A stretch of 64,000 nucleotides of DNA from the human T2T-CHM13v2.0 reference genome, Homo sapiens: NCBI RefSeq assembly GCF_009914755.1, contig NC_060937.1; one strand, 5' to 3'. Shown in pieces: positions 55,606 to 64,000 of the stretch. Within the stretch, counting starts at the first letter, position 1; each line of letters begins with the position of its first letter. The notes under the pieces are model-generated. The model ran no database searches and was not told where the DNA came from. It saw only the letters and a program-made list of their open reading frames with translations. The translations under genes and the position numbers were made by a program.

Positions 55606-56546
55606 TTCTAAACACTTTTTAAAAAGCTTATACTAATCTTCTAACTTCTAATGGTATTCTCAGGAAAATTCTGTTGAAAGGCTGTCAAGTGTGAAACAAA
55701 CAAATAAAAAAAGGTATGAAAACATAAATTTGGCTATGTTAACTTTAAAGTTGAGGGGCAAATCTATAAAAGCAGATTTTTCTTTCTCCAGAGCTAATAA
55801 ATTCAAAAGCTTTATAACCTCGGTTCTCAATAGTTGGGCAGGGAGCTCTGTGGTCAGATTTGTGGGATGTCCCCACTGCCATATTGTTAGGCTGTCCTTT
55901 AGTGGACAAAAGGCAATCACTGGCTCAGTTGGCCCTGGAGTGCTTTCATAACTAAACATAGAGGCTGATTTTTATCTTTGAGCAAGATGATGCTAGTTTC
56001 ATCCTGCTCTGCTGGCAAAGATTTGCCTTTCCTCATTCCCCTACTCTAAGCAAACATGTATGGATTCTTCTTGTCCATTTGCTGGCACTTCCTGACAGCA
56101 CTGCCACTTTTCTTCAGCTGTGTCCTCTGATTATTTGACTAGGAGTGATATGAACTTAGAGAACCACACTTCCTTTCATATCTGTTTTAGGTCTTCAGGA
56201 AAAGTGAGACTCATGATTTCACAGTGATTCAGCCTATTGAAAAATGAAGATGTCACCCACACAATCATTTTTTTTCTTTTTTTTTTTTTTTTACTAAAAG
56301 CTTATCTATGTGTTTATTTTCCAGAGGTGTTAAGAGAGAAAAACTTAGCTTCAGGTAGTGAAGAGCCATAGAGTATCAGTATCTTATTATATTTTAGTCA
56401 TTTAGAACACTTACAAAAATAAAAAGCTATAAAGACAGCCTATATACACATGTATCAAATTATTACCCAATTTTGAAGCTAGATTTTAAAATCACCTTCA
56501 CATCACATATACTATTTTCCACAGGGATTTTCACTTCATCTGCTTT

Positions 56547-56632
56547 CCTGAAGTAGATATTTAACTTTCCAGAACATTTTTGTTTAAACCCTGAAGTAGA
56601 TATTTAACTTTCCAGAACGTTTTTGTTTAAAC
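56547..56632. repeat. 43-bp tandem duplication (2 copies)
   Basis: cctgaagtagatatttaactttccagaac(a/g)tttttgtttaaac x2, one mismatch. Confidence 0.95.
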
Positions 56633-56844
56633 CCAAGAATACTTGACATGCAGTAGGCTCTTAACTAGTACATGTTTGGTGTGGGAAAACAAATGGGCAT
56701 ATTTCAAATAGGAACAAAAACATAAGTTCCTATGCCCTGTGGACCCACACTGAAAGGAAAGTCCTGAAGTTCCCTCCTGTACTCAGGGGTATGTGTGGGT
56801 CAGTGTAAGGGACAAAACAATCTGTTGTCTTCCTCTGTAGGACT

Positions 56845-57433
56845 TGTTAAAAAGAAATTAATTGGATTAGCCAGGCATGGTGGTGCACACTGGTAGTCCC
56901 AGCTACTCAAGAGACTGAGGCAGAAGAATCGTTTGAACCCAGGAGAGGAGGTTGCAGTGAGCTGAGATCATGTCACTGCACTCCAGCCTGGGTGATAGAG
57001 CAAGACTCCATCTCAAACAAACAAACAAACAAAAACAAACAAAAACAAAAAAAACAAAGCAAAAACAAAAGAAATTAATTGGGACCCCATTAGACTGAGA
57101 TGATTCCAGCATCTTGGCTTCCTACATAAGCAAGCTGAAATACAACTCAGTGTGAAAGGTAAAATGAAACTTAAGCATAACCCATCAGAAACTGCTAACC
57201 AATCTTTAACCAGGGACTTTCCACTAGAATAACCTAAATAAGGATACTGCTCCACTTCAATGAGTCAAACATTTTCTTTGCCTTGAGTCAATGTTCACCT
57301 TATAAAAGCCTCTTCTCATGTCACTCTGTTGGAGGCCAAAGAGCTTTTGGTTTGGTGCTGCCCAATTCATGAATTGCTGTCTGTTTAAATAAACTCTTTA
57401 ACATTTTAATGTGTTTACGTTTATCTTTTAACT
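56845..57433 (+). mobile_element. LTR37-like ERV1 solo LTR split by Alu
   Basis: tgttaaaa...attaattggg...ccattagactgag start, CCAAT, TATAAAA 57301, AATAAA 57388, end atcttttaac. Confidence 0.75.
56866..57066 (+). mobile_element. 5'-truncated AluS (right arm) with (CAAA)n tail
   Basis: TSD aaaagaaattaattgg (56850-56865, 57067-57082). Confidence 0.92.
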
Positions 57434-57864
57434 GTTTGTTAACCAGCTGCAGACAATCACCCAGACAAAGCTAGGCATTGAATCTGAGGCTCCCTTACGT
57501 TGTTTCCCACAAGGAAATGTGAGTGTTAGCATACCTTTTCATTTGTTTTCATTTTATCAGAGTTTCCAGGCAGCTATGCTGTTGGTCTTTGGCTAGGCAG
57601 GCCTCTAGCAGCGTAACTCAGTTGGGAAAAACAAGGGCCTGGAAATCAGACCTCTTTTCAACTCTCTGCTATTATTTATCCTCAAGCAGAATTTGGATGC
57701 TTAAAGTTCTTAAATGGCCAGAATTAATGACTAAAATTAATAAGATGCTATCTGGCATGAATACAATTAAAGCACTACAAGGAGGTTCAAATATTCAATT
57801 AAACAAGTAGAAGCTGGCTTGACATCACGTCAGAAAGCCCCAGAGAGTTCAGCTGGCCAAAAGC

Positions 57865-58170
57865 TAACCATGAGCCTGCATGGTTTGGCAATTGTTAAAA
57901 GAAACCTTAATCATGCTTAGGCTGTATTTGGACAAGTTTGTTGCCTCTATCAAATAAGTTTATATTCTCAATGCTCTTTGAAGCCCCCAAGGAATACTAT
58001 GTTCTGTTCTAGGTGCCATTTTAGGGAGGATATTGCTGATCAATATCTAGTATTGGATATCAAGAGAAGTGCAACCAGGATAGTGGGGTAGTCTTAAAAG
58101 AAACAGCTGAGGAAACTTTGTCTGGAAAAGAAGCTTTTGGGAAGTACCAGGCTATAGTCCTCAGCATCTG
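57865..58170 (+). mobile_element. L3/CR1 fragment
   Basis: ggaatactatgttctgttctaggtgcc...gcaaccaggatagtg resembles the CR1 RT 3' region. Confidence 0.55.
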
Positions 58171-58390
58171 ATGATTGACAGATGGAGTAGATTCCTTCTG
58201 CATCTAATAATTCAGCTAATATTTCCTGAGCTGTTACTACATTCATGGTACCCTGATATGTACTGTGGGATATATGTTTTAATGATACACAGGACCAATC
58301 TCAAGGCACTTACAATAAAGTAAGATAAAGTACAAAGTGTCCAGGATCCTCAGTTTTAATTCCAACTCTGTTACCCACTGGGTATGTAAC

Positions 58391-61199
58391 TGTGATGGTT
58401 AATTTTATGTGTCAAATTGAATGCGCCACAGGGTGCCCAGATTAAACATTATTTTGGGGTGTGTCTGTGACGATGCTTCTGGGTGAAATTAGCATTAGAA
58501 TCAGTGGACTCCATAAGGTAGACTACCCTCTCCAACGTAGGTAGGCCTCATCCAATCCACGAAAGCCTGAACAGAACAAAAGGTAGATGAAGGAGAAATT
58601 TACCTTTTTCCTTCTGTCTCACTGCTTGAGCTGGAACATCTGATTTCATCTTCTCCTGACCTTGGACTGGGACTTTCATCATTGGCTCCTCCAGGTCTCA
58701 GGTCCTTATTCTCAGACTGAACTGTAACACTGGCTTTCCTGGGTCACCAGCTTATAAACCACAGGTTGTGGGACTTCTCAGCCTCCATAATAACACAAGC
58801 CATTTCCTTATAAGTATATTTTTCGTCTATTTCTGTGTGTGTATGTGTATTAGTCCATGTTCACACTGTTGATAAAGATATACGTGAGACTGGGCAATTT
58901 ACAAAAGAAAGAGGTTTAATTGGACTTTACAGTTCCACATGGCTGGGGAAGCCTCACAATCATGGCAGAAGGCAAGGAGGAGCAAGTAACGTCTTATATG
59001 GATGGCAGCAGGCAAAGAGAGAGTGAGGAAGATGCAAAAGTGGAAATCCCCAACAAAAGCATCAGATCTCATGCAACTTATTCACTACCATGAGAACAGT
59101 ATGTGGGAAAACTCCCCCATGACTCAACTACCAACCAGCAGGTCCCTCCCACAACATGTAGGAATTATGGGAGTACAATTGAAGATGAGATTTGGGTGGG
59201 GACACAGGGCCAAACCCTATCTTTCTGCACTTGGCCCCTGCCAAATCTCATGTCCTCACATTTCAAAACCAATCATGCCTTCCCAACAGTCCCCCAAAGT
59301 CTTAACTCATTTCAGCCTTAACTCAAAAGTCCACAGTCCAAAGTCTCATCTGAGACAAGGCAAGTCCCTTCTGCCTATGAGCCTGTAAAATCAAAAGTAA
59401 GTTAGTTACTTCCTAGATACAATGGGGGTACGGGCACTGGGTAAATACAACAATTCCAAATGGGAGAAATTGGCCAAAACAGAGGGGCAAGAGGGCCTAT
59501 GCAAGTCCAAAATCCAGTGGGACAGTCAAATCTTAAAGCTCCAAAATGATCTCCTTTGACTTCATGTCTCACATCCAGGCCATGCTGATGCAAGAGGTGG
59601 GTTCCCATGGTTTTCGGCAGCTCTGGCCCTGTGGCTTTGCAAGGTACAGCTTCCCTCCCAGCTGCTTTCACAGACTGGCATTGAGTGTCTGCGGCTTTTC
59701 CAGGTGCATGGTGCAAGCTGTCGGCAGATCTACCACCATTCTGGGGCCTGGAGGACGGTGGCCCTCTTCTCACAGCTCCACTAAGCAGTGCCACAGTAAG
59801 GACTCTGTGTGAGGGCTCTGACCCCACATTTCCCTTCTGCATTGCCCTAGCAGAGGTTCTCCATGAGAGCCCTGCTCCTGCAGTAAACTTGTGCCTGGGC
59901 ATCCAGGCATTTCCATACACCCTCTGACACCTCGGCAGAAGTTCCCAAACCCCAATTCTTGACTTATGTGCACCCGCAGGCTCAACACCATGTGGAAGCT
60001 GCCAAGACTTGGAGCTTGCACCATCTGAAGCCACAGCCTGAGCTCTACATTACCCCTTTTAGCCATGGCTAGAGTGGCTGGGACACAGGGCACCAAGTCC
60101 CTAGGCTGCACACAGCTCAGGGACCCTGGGCCCAGGCCACAAAACCCCTTTTTCCTCCTAGGCCTCCAGGCTTGTGATGGGAGGGGCTGCTGTAAAGACC
60201 TCTGACATGCCCTGGAGACATTTTCCCCATTGTCTTGGGAATGAAAATTTGGCTGCTCGTTACTTATGCAAATTTCTGCAGCTGGCTTGAATTTCTCCTC
60301 AGAAAATGATAGTTCCTTTTCTATCACATTGTCAAGCTGCAAATTTTTCAAACTTTTATGCTCTGTTTCCCTTTTAAGTGCTTTTAACAGCCCCTGAGTC
60401 ACCTCTTGAATGCTTTGCTGCTTAGAAATTTCTTCTGCCAGATACCCTAAATCATCTCTCTCAAGTTCAAAGCTCTGTAAATCTCTAGGTCAGGGGGAAA
60501 ATGCTGTCAGCCTCTGCTAAAACATAACAAGATTACCTTTGCTCCAGTTCATAAAAAGTTCCTCATCTACATCTGAGACCACCTCAGCCTGGACGTTATT
60601 GTCCATATCGCTATCACCAAACTTTCCCACATTTTCCTGTCTTCTGAGCTCTCCAAACTGTTCCAACCTCTGCCTGTTACCCAATTTCAAAGCTGCTTCC
60701 ACATTTTTGGGTATCTTCTTAGCAGCACCCCACTCTACTGGTACCAATTTACTGTATTAGTCTGTTTTCATGTGCTGATGAAGATATACCCGAGACTGGG
60801 CAATTTACAAAAGAAAGAGGTTTAATTGGACTTACAGTTCCACATCGCTGGGGAAGCCTCACAATCATGGCAGAAGGCAAGGAGGAGCAAGTAATGTCTT
60901 ACATGGAAGGCAGCAGGCAAAGAGAGAGTGAAGAAGACGCAAAAGCAGAAACCCCTGGTAAAACCATCAGATCTTATGAGACTTATTCACTGCCATGAGA
61001 GCAGTATTGGGGAAACTGCACCCACGATTCAATTATCTCTCACTGGGTCCCTCCCACAACATGTGGGAATTATGGGAGTGCAATTCAAGATGAGATTTGG
61101 GTGGGGACACAGAACCAAACCATATCAGTATGTCTGTGTGTGTGTCTGTGTTTGTGTATCCTATTGGTTCTGTTTCTGTTGAGAATCCTGATTAATACA
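58391..61199 (+). mobile_element. MLT2 (ERVL) LTR split by THE1, itself inside a MIR
   Basis: tgtgatggttaattttatgtgtcaa start; cctattggttctgtttct...gagaatcctgattaataca end; MIR core on both flanks. Confidence 0.9.
58846..61127 (-). mobile_element. Complete THE1 (THE1C-like) MaLR: 5' LTR 60753-61127, internal 59223-60752, 3' LTR 58846-59222
   Basis: Two direct LTRs, THE1-int sequence, perfect 5-bp TSD GTATG (58841-58845, 61128-61132). Confidence 0.95.
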
Positions 61200-61379
61200 G
61201 CGACCTTGGGCAGTTTCTCAACTTCTCCTAACATCGCTTTCATTATTGTAAAGCAACACTGCAGAGGTTTCCTGATAATTAAACGTGATTATTATTCACA
61301 AGCTAGATGCATTTTAAAAAAAAATCCCAGAACACACAGCAGAATGAACAACAATGGTATAATAAAGAGCAAAGAGCTG

Positions 61380-62620
61380 GAAAAAGAATGAGAAATCAGT
61401 AACTGATTGAAACCAAGTAGATGGAGAAAGGCTTTACAAGGATGGTGATGTTTGACTTGAACCTCAAAGGACAAGATGGAGTTTGGTGGGTGAGGAAGGA
61501 GAAGAGGAAAAAGAGCATTCCACATGAATGAGGCAATATGAGCAAAAGCAGATATTTCGAAAATAAATAGCTTTTGGGAGACCAACAAATAATACTGTGG
61601 TTGGAGGGCAGAGGAGGAATAAAGGGTGAGAACAGCTAGAAAGATATAACCCAGTCAGACTACAACTGCCCTAGAATAGCATGCCAAGGAGTCTGTAGGC
61701 AGTGGAGGGCTAGGTAAGTCAATTCAGGAGGATCAATCGGGTTCAAACATGGTGTGGAGAGATGAAAAACTGCAACAAGGATGGAAAGTTCAAGCATCTT
61801 CATGAGTCTAAATGGGAGATGATGAGGAACTGACCTAAGATAATGGCAGTAGCATTGGAAAGGAGGGGGACAGATGGGCTATGGGGAGTAAAAGTGAGGG
61901 GTGAGTAAAAGACGACTCCATGTTTTGCAACCTTGGTGTTGAGAATGCTGATGCCATGAGCTCATCCAGGAAACACAGAACAAGAAATGAAGCTGACCAG
62001 GTAGACGATGAGTTCAGTTGTGGGATGTGTTGAATTTCAGGTGGCTGTGGAATAGTCATAGGGAAGTTCATAAGAGAAAGTTGGAAATGTGGTTCTGGAG
62101 CTCCTGAGAGGAGTCAGGGTTAGAGATGTATACCTCAAAGGGGGTACATTTAAAGATTAAGGATATATTGTCAAACAAAGACAAACTTGGATTTGACCTC
62201 TGCCTTTAATACTATCTGTGTGGCCTTGAACAAATTATTTATCATCTCCAAGCCTTAATTTCCTTAATTGTAAATTTGGGAAAATTATACATCCTTCAAA
62301 GGCTTTGCTTATTGCATACCATCTGGTTGCCATTTGTCACCATCACTGTCTACCAGAACCATCATTGCTAAAGCCATTAAAGTAGATGAACTTGGCTAGG
62401 AATAGAGAGTAATTAAGTTTAAAAACATGAATGAATCTTAGGGAACAATTATTAAGGGATATATGACAGAAAAGCAAACCTGAAAGGAGCTTAAGAGTAT
62501 TCAAAGGGGGACAGGCAAAAGACCAAGACAGCAAGACACTATGAAGGGTCAAGGGGAGAGAATTTCAAGGAGGGAATCATCAAAAATGTCAAATGCTACC
62601 AAGAAGTCAAGAAGGATAAA
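61380..62620 (-). mobile_element. L2 fragments with an interposed MIR (about 62180-62310)
   Basis: Purine-rich antisense L2 (gatgagttcagttgtggga, caaatgct...aagtcaagaaggat); MIR ctgtgtggccttgaacaaatt. Confidence 0.6.
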
Positions 62621-63197
62621 GAAGAAAAGAAAAATATAGAACACTGAATATAGTGCTTTGAAGATTATCCTTGCTTAGTGGAACTACTACATATGTTAGG
62701 CATAGAAGCCAGTTGCAAATGCAATAGGATTGAAAATGAACATTTCACCCAGACTCCAAGGAGATGTGTATCAGATACCAAAGTGAATTGTGAGACAGAT
62801 CCTATTCCAGAAATGTCAAAGCAGATATAAACAGTTCTAGACCTTAGTCTTCTTACTCACTTTGAGGACATAAAAGGCTTAAGTTACTAGACAGAAAGCA
62901 GATCTATGAGAAGGATTCTTTAAGAGAGAGCCTTGCTGTGAATTCCATCATTCCAAAAGAGGGGCGATGCTCTCCTTCACCTCAATAGGGGTTTCACTGG
63001 AAGATCGTAAGTGCTTGATCAGTGTCCTCTGTGGACAGAGGCAAATAACAGACTGGTATTTATGTGTTTGACTTTCACCCGAGAGCCTCTGGCAGAAAAC
63101 TGAAGGAGGCTTGGCTGTACTGGATGGCCTGTTGTTGGAGGTAAAGGTTGCATGAGTGTTCTGATGGATTTGAGGGCACAAGTTGGCGTGGAACTAA

Positions 63198-63683
<486 letters not shown>

Positions 63684-64000
63684 CCAGAAAGTTAGCTTTA
63701 AAATCACAGTTCTTGGCCGAGAGAGTTTGAAGCCACCCTATAACAGAATAGTCAAGGAAGGACTTTCCACCTCTCCTTTCTCATCATCCTGCCCCACCCA
63801 CCTCATCCCCATTCCAATCTTGGAGGGATCAAAACAGCGGGGAGGAGGGAGTGAGCAGGAGAGAAGTCATCAACCCTCCCCTTGTCCTGCAGAGTAGGGG
63901 ACTCACCACATGCTACATTGGGATCTAGCTAGGTGTGGAAATGGAACTCCCATTTTGAATGACTATTATGTAGGACTAGATATGATGATGGCAATTTTTA

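Noticed and set aside
59402-60402. Two overlapping 210-aa minus-strand ORFs, the longest in the window
   Set aside because: Entirely within THE1 internal sequence; remnants of the MaLR internal region, not a host gene

Overview
Primate (very likely human) non-coding genomic DNA, intronic or intergenic. I find no credible protein-coding gene. The ORF track is explained by Alu, THE1-internal and chance ORFs, and I cannot name the locus. The window holds about two dozen Alu/FLAM copies (many with clear target-site duplications, TSDs), old L1/L2/L3/MIR fragments, DNA transposons (MER20 x2, Tigger4 derivative, MER58A, MER5), several solo LTRs, and a complete THE1 MaLR nested in an MLT2 LTR nested in a MIR. 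The most interesting signals are regulatory and mutational: (1) a perfect DR5 retinoic-acid element, TATA box, initiator and splice donor in promoter geometry at 11.4-11.7 kb; (2) a 113-bp copy of an LTR/Alu junction placed 1.4 kb away beside a tail-less Alu; (3) an LTR37-like LTR with NF-kB, two AP-1 sites and TATA; (4) a dual RFX X-box/GC-box/ETS element near 44 kb; (5) a perfect 14-bp hairpin at 50.06 kb. I see no evidence of a wholly new biological system. Repeat subfamily names come from recalled consensus sequences, boundaries of old repeats are approximate, and all motif function is untested inference.
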